Assembly: GCA_964477275.1 (NCBI GenBank)
Contig: CAYZDV010000001.1
Location: 1,002 to 65,001, forward strand
Reading direction: 5' to 3'
Origin: an uncultured Eubacteriales bacterium
GTDB lineage: Bacteria; Acidobacteriota; Aminicenantia; Aminicenantales; Aminicenantaceae
Length of the DNA: 64,000 nt
Part shown: positions 24,079 to 33,617 of the stretch, piece after piece
Layout of the letters: each line of letters opens with the position of its first letter
Position numbering within the stretch: the first letter of the stretch is position 1
Program-made: the position numbers and the translations under genes
Notes under the pieces: generated by a model
Database searches by the model: none
Seen by the model: only the letters and a program-made list of their open reading frames with translations
What the model was told of the DNA's origin: nothing

Positions 24079-24188
24079 GGATGGGTCCTGTCATGGGGTG
24101 TCCCCCGTCCGTCCTCGCTCCACCCATCCCCCCGTGGGGAACCCCTTCCGCTGCGGGCGTTGCGGAGGACACCCCATGCCACCCATCC
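24079..24188 (+). repeat. GC-rich repeat family B, copy 2 (long form with 17/19 inverted arms and internal duplication of CCACCCATCC)
   Basis: Left arm TGTCATGGGGTGTCCCCCG. Right arm CGGAGGACACCCCATGCCA is its near-perfect reverse complement, about 45 nt away. Confidence 0.55.
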
Positions 24189-24347
24189 TATTTTAAAAGG
24201 AAATGGCCTTTACCCCAGAAAAAAAGATGCTTCCAAGGCATGTTTCCCATTTATCACGCCAAATCATTTTCCGCAAGAGAGGACCGAATCGGGCGGGTTT
24301 GCCCTTTTTGGTGTTGACATGGTTTTTTATATATTGTAAACCTGATT

Positions 24348-24433
24348 GGGTCTCTTCCATTTTGTGTGGGTCATTTAATGACGAAAATACACGCAAATGG
24401 CATCGCTCCCTTCAGGTTTTTAACGCCATTCCC
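24348..24433 (+). repeat. Conserved leader element family A, copy 2
   Basis: About 88% identical to 516-601. It lies about 30 bp downstream of TTGACA, and 200 bp upstream of the DoxX gene. Confidence 0.5.
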
Positions 24434-24634
24434 GTGTATTTACCCCCCACTATATGGAAAGGAATCATCTGATTTTTCAGGTCCGTTTCTCATGAGAGTC
24501 TGGAGCTGCGCACAGACGAACATCGAGCATGCAGCCTCATCGCCGCTTGTTTTCGTCTTTTTCCAAGCCCGCCGCATCATATATTGAGCATGGCGTATTT
24601 CTATTTACGGCTCGAATGATGCCGGGCATCTCAT

Positions 24635-25165
24635 TTGAAAGGTAGGGAAAAAATGCTGCAAAAAACAACAATGAATCTCGGTTATCCGATCGGAAACACG
24701 ACCGTTCAACTGACCGCACTTGTTGTCCTCAGGGTTCTCATCGGCTGGCATTTCCTCTATGAGGGCATTGTCAAAGTGATCAATCCCTACTGGTCTTCTG
24801 CCGGATATCTTCTGGAGACTAAGGGAATATTTTCTGGGATGGCCACATCGATTGTGGCCAATCCCGGCCTTCTCGGGGCTGTTGATTTCCTGAACAAGTG
24901 GGGGCTGGTCCTCATCGGTCTGGGGTTGATCGCCGGATTTTTGACGCGGACAGCCACCGTTGCCGGGATGGTTCTCCTCTTCCTTTACTATATCTTCCAC
25001 CCCCCGTTGCTCGGCTATACCTATGAGACTCCTGTGGAGGGCAGCTATCTCATCGTCAACAAAAATTTGATCGAGATGTGCGCCCTCTTCGTTTTGATTG
25101 TTTTTCCGACAGGCCGAATCATCGGCCTGGACAGGCTGATGGTCTTTGCCCGGAGGAAACCGTGA
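24635..25165 (+). CDS. DoxX family membrane protein
   Basis: Four predicted TM helices with the DoxX-like LRVLIGWHFLYEGIVK pattern. Confidence 0.65.
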   Translation: MKGREKMLQKTTMNLGYPIGNTTVQLTALVVLRVLIGWHFLYEGIVKVINPYWSSAGYLLETKGIFSGMATSIVANPGLLGAVDFLNKWGLVLIGLGLIAGFLTRTATVAGMVLLFLYYIFHPPLLGYTYETPVEGSYLIVNKNLIEMCALFVLIVFPTGRIIGLDRLMVFARRKP

Positions 25166-25199
25166 AAATCATGAAAATCTCTCGGAGGGAGGATATAAA

Positions 25200-26807
25200 A
25201 TGAGCCAGGAAAACCAAAAACATGACCCTGAACAGACGCCGGCTCAGATGGAGAGGACAGAAGGCTTTCAGCGCCGGGATATTCTCAAGGCGTTAGCCAC
25301 GCTTCCCGTGCTCGGACCCTTTTTCTACTTTCTGTTCAGGAAGAAGTGGCTGGATGACATGAGACGGAAAGAAATACTCGCCGAGCTGGGCATCAGCGGT
25401 AAGGCGCCGGAGGTGCTGCCCAGAACCACCCTGAAAAAAGCCGGAGAGCTCATCCGGCTGGGCATCATCGGTTTTGGCAGTCGGGGCGAAGCCCTGGCTC
25501 ATGCCGCTGGTTTTGCCCATCCGGACTGGATTGAAAGGAAGAAGAAAGACGCCAGGGAGAATAAGCTTGACAGGGAGCTCGAAACTTTTCTTGATCAGGA
25601 GGATTTGAATGTCGTCCTCACCGGCATCTGTGATGTCTTCGATGTCCGGGCAGAGCGGGGGATTGCCGCTTCCAAGAATGACATCAGGCCCGGTGGAGGC
25701 TCCGGATTGTTGAGCGGAGCCAGGCGCTACCGCCATTACCGGGAAATGCTGGAGAGCGGGGATGTCGATGCGGTGATCATCGCCACTCCCGACCACTGGC
25801 ATGCCCGGATGACCGTTGATGCGGCGATCTCCGGAAAACACGTCTACTGCGAGAAATGCATGACAAGAACGATCGAGGAGACCTTAGAAATGGTCGATGC
25901 CGTGAAGAACAGAGGAATTGTCTTCCAGCTGGGACATCAGGGCCGTCAGCAGGAAAGCTACATCAAAGCTCAACAGATAGTGGAGAAAAACATTCTGGGG
26001 AAAATTTCCCTGGTCGAAACGACCACCAATCGCAATTCACCCAACGGCGCCTGGGTCTATGATATCCATCCCGAAGGAAATCCCCAGACCATCGACTGGG
26101 GGCAGTTCCAGGGACCCGCGCCGCATCGGGTGCCATTCAGCCTGGAAAGATTTTTCCGCTGGCGATGCTGGTTTGACTACGGAACCGGGCTTTCCGGCGA
26201 CCTGCTCTCCCATGAGTATGACGCGGCCAATCAGATTCTGGAACTCGGGATTCCCAAATCCGCAGTCGCCTCGGGCGGAATCTATTTTTTCCAGGACGGC
26301 CGGGATGTGCCCGACGTCTTCCAGGCCGTGCTCGAGTATCCTGACCGGGACCTGACCCTGGTCTACAGTGCCACTCTGGCCAACGGCAGAGGCCGGGGAA
26401 AGGTGTTCATGGGACACGATGCCTCCATGGAAGTTGGCTACAGCCTGACGGTTACTGCGGACTGGGAGTCAACCCGTTACAGAGAGAAAATCCTGAACAA
26501 CATCATCAACACCGAGCTGCCGTTGTTCACCTACCGGCCGGGCCTGAAGGGGATTGACACCGTCACTTCTGCGACCGAAAGGTACTTTGCCACCAGAGGC
26601 CTGATGTATACCGAAAGGGGCGGACGGCCGGTCAACACCACCCATCTCCACGTCAAGGAATGGCTGGACTGCATCCGGAACGGCGGGCAACCGAGCTGCA
26701 ACATCGACCGCGGCTTCGAAGAGGCCATCACCTGCCACATGGCAACGCTTTCTTATTTAGAAGGCCGCAGGGTGGAATGGGACCCGGTGCGTAGAAAAGT
26801 GGTTTGA
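25200..26807 (+). CDS. Gfo/Idh/MocA family oxidoreductase, TAT-exported (glycoside 3-dehydrogenase-like)
   Basis: RRDILKALATLPVLG TAT signal. Rossmann motif LGIIGFGSRG. AIIIATPDHWHA and EKCM motifs. GGAGG RBS before the ATG at 25200. Confidence 0.8.
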   Translation: MSQENQKHDPEQTPAQMERTEGFQRRDILKALATLPVLGPFFYFLFRKKWLDDMRRKEILAELGISGKAPEVLPRTTLKKAGELIRLGIIGFGSRGEALAHAAGFAHPDWIERKKKDARENKLDRELETFLDQEDLNVVLTGICDVFDVRAERGIAASKNDIRPGGGSGLLSGARRYRHYREMLESGDVDAVIIATPDHWHARMTVDAAISGKHVYCEKCMTRTIEETLEMVDAVKNRGIVFQLGHQGRQQESYIKAQQIVEKNILGKISLVETTTNRNSPNGAWVYDIHPEGNPQTIDWGQFQGPAPHRVPFSLERFFRWRCWFDYGTGLSGDLLSHEYDAANQILELGIPKSAVASGGIYFFQDGRDVPDVFQAVLEYPDRDLTLVYSATLANGRGRGKVFMGHDASMEVGYSLTVTADWESTRYREKILNNIINTELPLFTYRPGLKGIDTVTSATERYFATRGLMYTERGGRPVNTTHLHVKEWLDCIRNGGQPSCNIDRGFEEAITCHMATLSYLEGRRVEWDPVRRKVV

Positions 26808-26875
26808 TTCAATGAAAACTCATCCCTTCATCGCGCAAGAAAAAAATCGGGTCATGGAGTCGTGAACAAAAAGAG

Positions 26876-28096
26876 GTGAACATGAATGTCAAATTCCGTC
26901 TCGGCCTGATGATGTTTTTGCAGTATGCTATCTGGGGGGCCTGGGCGCCCGTCCTGTCCGATTATCTGATCAACACCCTTGGCTTTTCTGGCTATCAGGT
27001 CGGTATCATCTACTTCCTGCTCCCGCTGGCGACGGTCATCGCGCCGTTCATTGGCGGACAGGTGGCTGACCGCTACTTTTCCTCCCAGAAGGTGGTGGGC
27101 TTCCTCCAGTTGAGCGGCGGAGCACTGCTCATCCTGATTTCCAATATCAGCGAATACCGAACCATGATGTGGCTGATGCTCCTTTACTGTTTACTTTATG
27201 CGCCGACACTGGCCCTGACCAATTCCATCGCTTTCATCAACCTCAAAAAGCCGGACAAGGAATTTGGCCTCATCAGGGTCTGGGGAACGATCGGATGGAT
27301 TGTGGCCGGCTATGCGCTAACGGCCTGGAGGGTGACCTCAAAGTCAATGCCGGCGATTGTCTTTCAGGGTGACACCCTGCTCCTGGCTGGCCTCTTCTCC
27401 ATCATCATGGGGATACAGGCGTTTGGCCTGCCTCACACGCCACCCAGAAAAGCAGCCGAGAAGCCCTGGGCTTTCCTGGAGGCGATCAGGATGATGAAAG
27501 ATAAGAATTTCGCCGTGTTCATCGTCATCGCCTTTGTGGTGGCCACGGAATTGATGTTCTATTACGTCCTGACCGCACCGTTTTTGACATCGGAGAAAAT
27601 CGGCGTTTCCAATACCATCCTGCCCTGGGTGATGACTATCGCCCAGGTGGCGGAGATTTTCGTCATGTGGTTTCTCCTGCCCTATTTCATCACCAAAATC
27701 GGCATCAGGAATATCCTGGTCATCGGTGTGCTGGCCTGGCCGGCCCGGTACATTATTTTCGCCATCGGCAAGCCAGTCTGGCTGGTTATTTCCTCCCTGT
27801 CGCTCCACGGCTTCTGTTTTGTGTTTTTCTTCGCCGCGGCTTTCATCTACGTGGACATGGTGGCACCGAGGGATATCCGGCATTCCGCCCAGAGCCTGAT
27901 CACCCTGGTCACCTACGGGGTGGGAAACGCCATCGGCAGCCTTTTTGCGGGCTGGGTTCATGATTATTTCACCACAGAAGCCGGAACAAACTGGACGGGC
28001 GTTTTCCTGGTGCCCTGCGTGTTGACCATTCTCTGCGCCTTCGCTTTTCTGCTGTTTTTCAGGCCGGAGAGAGCGTCTGTTCAAAGCCAGGAATAA
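26876..28096 (+). CDS. MFS transporter, nucleoside:H+ symporter (NupG/XapB) family
   Basis: 12 TM helices. N-terminus MMFLQYAIWGAWAPVLSDYL...GGQVADRYFSSQK aligns with NupG. Confidence 0.7.
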   Translation: MNMNVKFRLGLMMFLQYAIWGAWAPVLSDYLINTLGFSGYQVGIIYFLLPLATVIAPFIGGQVADRYFSSQKVVGFLQLSGGALLILISNISEYRTMMWLMLLYCLLYAPTLALTNSIAFINLKKPDKEFGLIRVWGTIGWIVAGYALTAWRVTSKSMPAIVFQGDTLLLAGLFSIIMGIQAFGLPHTPPRKAAEKPWAFLEAIRMMKDKNFAVFIVIAFVVATELMFYYVLTAPFLTSEKIGVSNTILPWVMTIAQVAEIFVMWFLLPYFITKIGIRNILVIGVLAWPARYIIFAIGKPVWLVISSLSLHGFCFVFFFAAAFIYVDMVAPRDIRHSAQSLITLVTYGVGNAIGSLFAGWVHDYFTTEAGTNWTGVFLVPCVLTILCAFAFLLFFRPERASVQSQE

Positions 28097-28164
28097 AAAT
28101 CGGTCAAACCCGGGAAAATAACCGGGCCGGACAGAATCGAAAAGGCTCAAAAAGGAGAGTTCGA

Positions 28165-29415
28165 ATGATAAAAAAGAGGCTGGGTGTGGGGATCATCGGC
28201 GCGGGATTTATCAGCAGGTTCCATATCCGTTCCTGGGTCGGCGTCCGTGATGCGGATATCCTGGGTGTCTATTCCCGGACAGAGGAGAGAGCCAGAGAGG
28301 CGGCAGCCCTGGCCAGGGAGTTGCAGGTCGGCGAGGCCAGGGTCTATAAATCCGTCACCGACATGGTGGCCGACCCGTCCATCGATGCCCTGTGGCTCTG
28401 TGCGCCGAATTTCTGCCGGATTGAAAATATGGAGGAGATCGTCGATGCTCTCGAGGCCGGAAAGGGAGAACTCATCGGAATAACCTGTGAGAAGCCCCTC
28501 GGCCGGAATGTCCGGGAAGCGCGGAAAATGCTGGAGCTGGCCCGGAAAGCAAAGCTGCTCGACGGTTACCTGGAGAACCAGGTTTTTGCGCCGGCCGTAG
28601 TCAGAGGCAAGGAGATTGTCTGGGCCCGGGGAGCGGCGATCTCCGGAAGGCCCTACCTGGCCCGGGCGGCCGAGGAACACAGCGGGCCGCACATGCCCTG
28701 GTTCTGGGAAGGGGAGCTCCAGGGAGGAGGTGTGCTCAACGACATGATGTGCCATTCGGTGGAGGAGGCCCGGTTCATGCTCACTCCTCCCGGCGCGGCA
28801 AGGGAAACCCTCACTCCTCTCAACATCACGGCTTATGCCTCCTGCTTGAAATGGCAGGACCCTCATTACGCCAGGATTCTCGCCGAAAACTCCGGAGGCC
28901 GGACAGACTACCTCCGAAGGCCGGCTGAAGATTTTGCCCGCTCCCTGGTCGAATACAGGGATGAGAAAGGAAACATCCTGGTGGTGGAGACCACCACATC
29001 CTGGTGCTACGTGGGAGCCGGGCTGCGCCTGACCATGGAGCTGCTCGGCCCGGAATACTCGCTGGCCATCAACACGCTGGATTCCGGACTCAAGGTTTTC
29101 TTCAGCCGGAATGTGAAGGGCAAAGCCGGAGAGGACCTGGTGGAAAAGCAGAATGCGGAGATGGGTCTGATGCCCGTGGTCAGCGATGAAAGCCATGAAT
29201 ACGGGTATATCGCCGAAAACCGCCACATGGTTCAATCCTTCCTGGCCGGAAAGCGGCCCGAGGAAAACTTCAGCGATGGCTTGAACGTGACCGAGCTTCT
29301 CATGACGGCCTACATGAGCGCTGAGCAGGAGCGAACAGTGGAATTCCCGCCCGCTGGCCTGGAATCCTATGTGCCGGCAGTGGCCCGCGGGGAGTGGAAC
29401 CCGAGGAAAAAATAA
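28165..29415 (+). CDS. Gfo/Idh/MocA family oxidoreductase (cytoplasmic)
   Basis: GVGIIGAGFISRFH Rossmann motif, EKPLG, and a C-terminal Gfo/Idh/MocA alpha/beta domain. Confidence 0.8.
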   Translation: MIKKRLGVGIIGAGFISRFHIRSWVGVRDADILGVYSRTEERAREAAALARELQVGEARVYKSVTDMVADPSIDALWLCAPNFCRIENMEEIVDALEAGKGELIGITCEKPLGRNVREARKMLELARKAKLLDGYLENQVFAPAVVRGKEIVWARGAAISGRPYLARAAEEHSGPHMPWFWEGELQGGGVLNDMMCHSVEEARFMLTPPGAARETLTPLNITAYASCLKWQDPHYARILAENSGGRTDYLRRPAEDFARSLVEYRDEKGNILVVETTTSWCYVGAGLRLTMELLGPEYSLAINTLDSGLKVFFSRNVKGKAGEDLVEKQNAEMGLMPVVSDESHEYGYIAENRHMVQSFLAGKRPEENFSDGLNVTELLMTAYMSAEQERTVEFPPAGLESYVPAVARGEWNPRKK

Positions 29416-29433
29416 TGAAAATGGAATTCGGGA

Positions 29434-30915
29434 GTGACCATGAAAAACCTGATTTTTTTGTTTCTGGCCTGTTCGCCTTTTGTCTGGATGTCCTGCGGGA
29501 GGCAAGTCCAGACTGAAAGCGCTGAACCCAAGACTCTGGAATCGGTGAAGGATGAGGTAGCCCGCACCGATTACGAAGAGGTGAGGATCAAAAAGATTCC
29601 CATCGCCCTCCAGTGCTGGACGTTCCGGAAATTCTCCTTCTATGAAACCCTGGAGAAAGCCGGGGAACTCGGCATCCATTATCTCCAGCCCTATCCCGGT
29701 CAGGTCCTCAGCAAGGAAAATCCTGACCTGAAGTTCGACCACAACCTCGGCGATGATATTCTTCAGGAGGTGAGAGGAAAGCTCGAGGAGTCCGGCCTTT
29801 CGCTGGTCAGCTACGGAGTGGTCGGTTTTGAAAACAGTGAAGAAAGCATGCGAAAGGTTTTCGATTTCGCCCGAAAAATGGGCATCAGGACCATTATCAC
29901 CGAACCCCAGTTCGACGATTTTTCGCTCATTGAACAGATGGTCAAGGAGTACAGCATCGCCATCGCCATCCACAACCATCCCCAGCCTTCCAAGTATTAC
30001 CATCCGGAGACCGTCCTGCGCTATGTTGAAGGAAAAGACGGGCGGATCGGAGCCTGTGCGGACAACGGTCACTGGATGCGCGCCGGAATCAAACCTGTGG
30101 AAGGCTTGCGGCTGCTCGAAGGCCGCATCAGAGATGTCCATCTCAAGGACCGGAACCAGTTCGGGACAGAGGGCGCTTATGACGTACCTTTCGGGCAGGG
30201 AGCGGCCAGCATCCATGCCATTCTGGCCGAGCTGACCCTCCAGGATTACAGGGGATATCTTGCCATCGAGCATGAAAACCCCGATGACGCCGACAACCCT
30301 TCAGCGCCAGTCAAAAAGGGAATCGAATACATCCAGAGCATTACTTATTATGAGGGTTACGAGGAGATATTGAAGTGGAGCCACGGCCGATACATCAAAC
30401 ATGGTTGGAATCACTACGGCCCTGGCTATTTCGAGCTGGATGAGAAGACGGGTGTCCTGAAGGGACAGGGAGGCATGGGCCTTCTCTGGTACAGCGCAAG
30501 AAAGTTCAGGGATTTCATTCTGAAGCTGGACTTCCGGTGTGCTGATGAACACACCAACTCCGGAATTTTTCTCCGGGTTCCCGACGTCCCCACAAGCGAC
30601 GACTATATCTACCATTCCTTCGAGATTCAGATCAACGACAGCGGAGAGGGCATCCACGGGACAGGCGCCGTCTACGATGCGGAGGGGCCGGCCATAAACG
30701 CCTCGAAAAAACCGGGCGAGTGGAACCATTTCAAAATCACCTTCAAAGGGAAGCGCATCACCGTGGAGTTGAATGACCAGGTCGTGGTCGACTGGGAGGC
30801 TGAACCCCGGGGCAAGGTCAGGGATTTTCCCAGGGAAGGATATATCGGTCTTCAAAACCATGACAGCCGTTCTCCGATTTACTTCCGGAACATTTTCGTG
30901 AAAGAGCTGAAATAG
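29434..30915 (+). CDS. Lipoprotein fusion: sugar-phosphate isomerase/epimerase (xylose-isomerase-like TIM barrel) + DUF1080 (3-keto-glycoside hydrolase/lyase-like) domain
   Basis: N-terminal lipoprotein signal. The TIM barrel has IAIHNH and HLKD metal-site motifs. The C-terminal 190 aa carry the DUF1080 jelly-roll pattern (FRDFILKLDFR...NSGIFLR...FEIQI...GYIGLQNH). Confidence 0.7.
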   Translation: MTMKNLIFLFLACSPFVWMSCGRQVQTESAEPKTLESVKDEVARTDYEEVRIKKIPIALQCWTFRKFSFYETLEKAGELGIHYLQPYPGQVLSKENPDLKFDHNLGDDILQEVRGKLEESGLSLVSYGVVGFENSEESMRKVFDFARKMGIRTIITEPQFDDFSLIEQMVKEYSIAIAIHNHPQPSKYYHPETVLRYVEGKDGRIGACADNGHWMRAGIKPVEGLRLLEGRIRDVHLKDRNQFGTEGAYDVPFGQGAASIHAILAELTLQDYRGYLAIEHENPDDADNPSAPVKKGIEYIQSITYYEGYEEILKWSHGRYIKHGWNHYGPGYFELDEKTGVLKGQGGMGLLWYSARKFRDFILKLDFRCADEHTNSGIFLRVPDVPTSDDYIYHSFEIQINDSGEGIHGTGAVYDAEGPAINASKKPGEWNHFKITFKGKRITVELNDQVVVDWEAEPRGKVRDFPREGYIGLQNHDSRSPIYFRNIFVKELK

Positions 30916-30938
30916 AAAAAAGCAATAAAGCCCCGGCC

Positions 30939-31895
30939 TTGAAGACTCAAGTAGAGAGCTTCTCCCTGAAAATAACAAGGCGTGAGTTTTTTTCCCGGAT
31001 TGCATGCAGTGGGGTGTCCGGCTGCCTCCTCGGTTCAGGCTGTTTTGATTATTATCTCAGTCAAGGCAAGAGGGAGCTCACGCTGGATAAGGAATCGCAG
31101 ACGCGCCGGATTTTTTCGAAGATCATGGCCAGGGCGAAGAGGGAGGCGTGGCCCGGCCTGCCGATCGGTGAATGCATGGGAAAAATTGCCATTTCTCTAC
31201 TCGGGACCAGGTACGTCGCCGGAACCTTAGAGGGAGAAGGGCCGGAGGTGTGCCGCGTGGACCTTTCCGGCATGGATTGCGTCACCTTTTATGAGAATGT
31301 GCTCTGTCTGGCCCGAATTTTAAAGAAAGGACAGACTGCTTTTGACGATTTCATCGCTGAGCTGACCTTTGTCCGCTACCGGGGAGGCTGCCTCATGGAC
31401 TACACTTCCCGCCTCCATTACACCGCGGATTGGATTTTCGATAATGAAAAAAAGAGGGTAGTGGAGAACATCACCCCCCATAGCGGCGGAGAGAGATTTC
31501 CTGTCCGGGTCTTTTTCATGTCCAATAATTCCCGTCTCTATCCCGCCTTGAGGAGCAACCCTCAGTTCATCCCTGTCATAGCCAGGCAGGAAGAGGACAT
31601 CAGCAAGCGCAGTCACTGGATCATTCCTCGAGAGAACATTGAAAAGGTTCAGACGTATTTGCAGACCGGAGACATCGTGGCCTTCGCCGCGAGCCGTCAG
31701 GGCCTGGATTATGGCCATGCCGGACTGGTCTATCGCGGCCAGAGAGGAAAAGTCGGGCTGCTCCACGCCTCTTCAAAGAAGATGAGGGTTATTCTCGACG
31801 GAGAACTTGTCCGATGGATCCAGTCGGTGGAAACATGCCCCGGCGTGACGGTTGCCAGACCGGTTGAGGTCAGGACGGTGAGGGAATGGCGTTAA
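30939..31895 (+). CDS. Hypothetical exported protein, possible Cys/His hydrolase (DUF1460-like)
   Basis: N-terminal TRREFFSRIACSGVSGC signal. Conserved C (DCVTFYENV) and H (DYGHAGLV) residues. Assignment is tentative. Confidence 0.3.
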   Translation: MKTQVESFSLKITRREFFSRIACSGVSGCLLGSGCFDYYLSQGKRELTLDKESQTRRIFSKIMARAKREAWPGLPIGECMGKIAISLLGTRYVAGTLEGEGPEVCRVDLSGMDCVTFYENVLCLARILKKGQTAFDDFIAELTFVRYRGGCLMDYTSRLHYTADWIFDNEKKRVVENITPHSGGERFPVRVFFMSNNSRLYPALRSNPQFIPVIARQEEDISKRSHWIIPRENIEKVQTYLQTGDIVAFAASRQGLDYGHAGLVYRGQRGKVGLLHASSKKMRVILDGELVRWIQSVETCPGVTVARPVEVRTVREWR

Positions 31896-32092
31896 AAATC
31901 TGAAGGGAGCGCCGCACATCCGTTGTCACTTTATTTGTTGCGTTCATAATAAGTTCATAAAACAAAGAACCGCATGTCAAATATCAAAGTGGTTTTGACT
32001 TCAGGGAAGAGCTGTGCTATAGGTTTTTTTCAAGAACAAAGGATGAGTAAGGAGAGGGAGGCAGGGCAGGGGAGAGGCTCCTCCAGTCCTGG

Positions 32093-32722
32093 ATGAAAAT
32101 GGAGAAAATCAGGAATAATGAGACGAATCAAATGAAAAAATATCACCGTCGAGTGTTGATTGCCTTCGGCTTCACTCTCTTTGTATTTCTCTTGCAGGCC
32201 GGCATTTCTCCTGCAGGAGAAACGTATGATCCGGTGGCTGACCCAGGGTCCGTGGTGGTCTGCGGGCAGGCCCGTTTCACGGTGCTTTTCCCGCAACTCA
32301 TCCGGATGGAGTGGGCCAGCGACAGCCGATTCGAAGACAATGCTTCTCTTGTTTTCATCAACCGAAAGCTGCCCGTCCCCGAGTATGAAAAGAAACTCAC
32401 AAATGGCTGGCTGATCGATTTCCCGGCCTCCCCCGTGCAGGCCTCTGCGCTGCTCAATGGATTTCCCGGAAAGCTGGCCCGCTTGAAGCGGATTATTCCA
32501 TTCTGCAACAGCCTCTGGCCCCGGGAATGGTCGCCGGAGGGTCTGCTGAAGGCTGTTCAGACCGGAAACCGCATCGGGCTCTTCCCGAAGACGGCGCAGG
32601 AAGAGCTGAAGGCTTTCGAGCAAATTCTGCCTGATGTCGTCCGTCAGGTGACAGCTTTGAAGGAGGTGAACGAGGAAGTCATCGGCCGCGTCCTTGCCCA
32701 TCTGACAGGCATGAAACCTTGA
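32093..32722 (+). CDS. Hypothetical secreted protein, possibly a truncated N-terminal fragment of a larger glycoside hydrolase
   Basis: Signal peptide, then GSVVVCGQARFTVLFPQLIRMEW, which resembles glycoside-hydrolase N-terminal beta-sandwich starts. The C-terminal half is low complexity. An overlapping antisense ORF exists, so coding status is uncertain. Confidence 0.25.
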   Translation: MKMEKIRNNETNQMKKYHRRVLIAFGFTLFVFLLQAGISPAGETYDPVADPGSVVVCGQARFTVLFPQLIRMEWASDSRFEDNASLVFINRKLPVPEYEKKLTNGWLIDFPASPVQASALLNGFPGKLARLKRIIPFCNSLWPREWSPEGLLKAVQTGNRIGLFPKTAQEELKAFEQILPDVVRQVTALKEVNEEVIGRVLAHLTGMKP

Positions 32723-32764
32723 GAACAGATTGGTGTTAGACATGATTGTCAAGTAACGGAAAAA

Positions 32765-33544
32765 ATGGCCAGAGAAACAGAAGTCAAGCCCATTTCATCC
32801 ATTCTTGGGGCTCTGGAAGCCTACGACGGCTGCGAGGTCGACGTGCGGCTCACCAGGGATAGAGTTCCGGTTCTTCATCATGATTCCCGGAATGCCGGCA
32901 GGAGATTGATGGAGACAGATTTTGCAAGCCTGAGGAATGTCCCCACTCTCAGGGAGCTCGTTTCGCATCCTCAGATGGTCCGTCTCGTCAACGAGAAAGG
33001 CAAGACTCTCTGGATAGAAGCCAAGGAAGATACCACATTCCGGTGGAGAAAGGATCCCGGTCTGTGCAAGGAGATGGCTCAGAGACTCATCGAACTACTC
33101 GGAGAATCAGAGATTCGCATGGAGAATCTGCGCATCATATCCTTCTGCGCGGAGATTTTGAAACACATCCAGGGGATTCGGACCCTGCGGATCGTCCCTT
33201 ATCTTTTCAGCCCTGCTGATGACTTCGTCCCTCATTATAATCACCGGACATTCCTGGACCTGGTGCTTCCCCTCCAGCGCCACATCCTGAAGGCCAGGGC
33301 CATGGGAATCAGAGGGCTTCTTTTCTCCAAGCTCTATCTGCGGGGGTTTTTCTCGTTCTTTCAGCCCTCCTGGGAAAAGATCAAATCCTGGGCCAGAGAT
33401 GATTTCATCCTGGGCACAGAGGCCCAGACTTTTGAGGAGGAAAAGGCGTTCAAGGATTTCGTTGTGATCACGGATTACCGGGGAGAACGGAAAGGAGGCA
33501 GGGGAGAGGGAGACGGTCCTTTGATCTGCCACAGGGGGCTCTGA
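32765..33544 (+). CDS. Glycerophosphodiester phosphodiesterase-like (GDPD superfamily) protein
   Basis: EVDVRLTRDRVPVLHHD is the GDPD E-x-D...HD motif. Confidence 0.55.
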   Translation: MARETEVKPISSILGALEAYDGCEVDVRLTRDRVPVLHHDSRNAGRRLMETDFASLRNVPTLRELVSHPQMVRLVNEKGKTLWIEAKEDTTFRWRKDPGLCKEMAQRLIELLGESEIRMENLRIISFCAEILKHIQGIRTLRIVPYLFSPADDFVPHYNHRTFLDLVLPLQRHILKARAMGIRGLLFSKLYLRGFFSFFQPSWEKIKSWARDDFILGTEAQTFEEEKAFKDFVVITDYRGERKGGRGEGDGPLICHRGL

Positions 33545-33617
33545 CTTCTATCGCTTCCCTTGAAAAAAGGGGTCTTGAAAGAAGATTATAGTCGACATGT
33601 TGAGCTGCGGCGGTGTC

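Noticed and set aside
28147-30273. 708-aa ORF on the minus strand
   Set aside because: Antisense to the Gfo/Idh/MocA and TIM-barrel::DUF1080 genes. No domain signatures. GC-bias artefact.
30301-31005. 234-aa minus-strand ORF
   Set aside because: Overlaps the 3' end of the TIM-barrel::DUF1080 gene and the start of the next gene. No motifs.
32030-32752. 240-aa minus-strand ORF overlapping the 32093-32722 plus-strand ORF
   Set aside because: The plus-strand ORF has a convincing signal peptide and a GH-like start, while the minus-strand translation has no motifs. Neither can be firmly called, so only the plus-strand ORF is reported, at low confidence.
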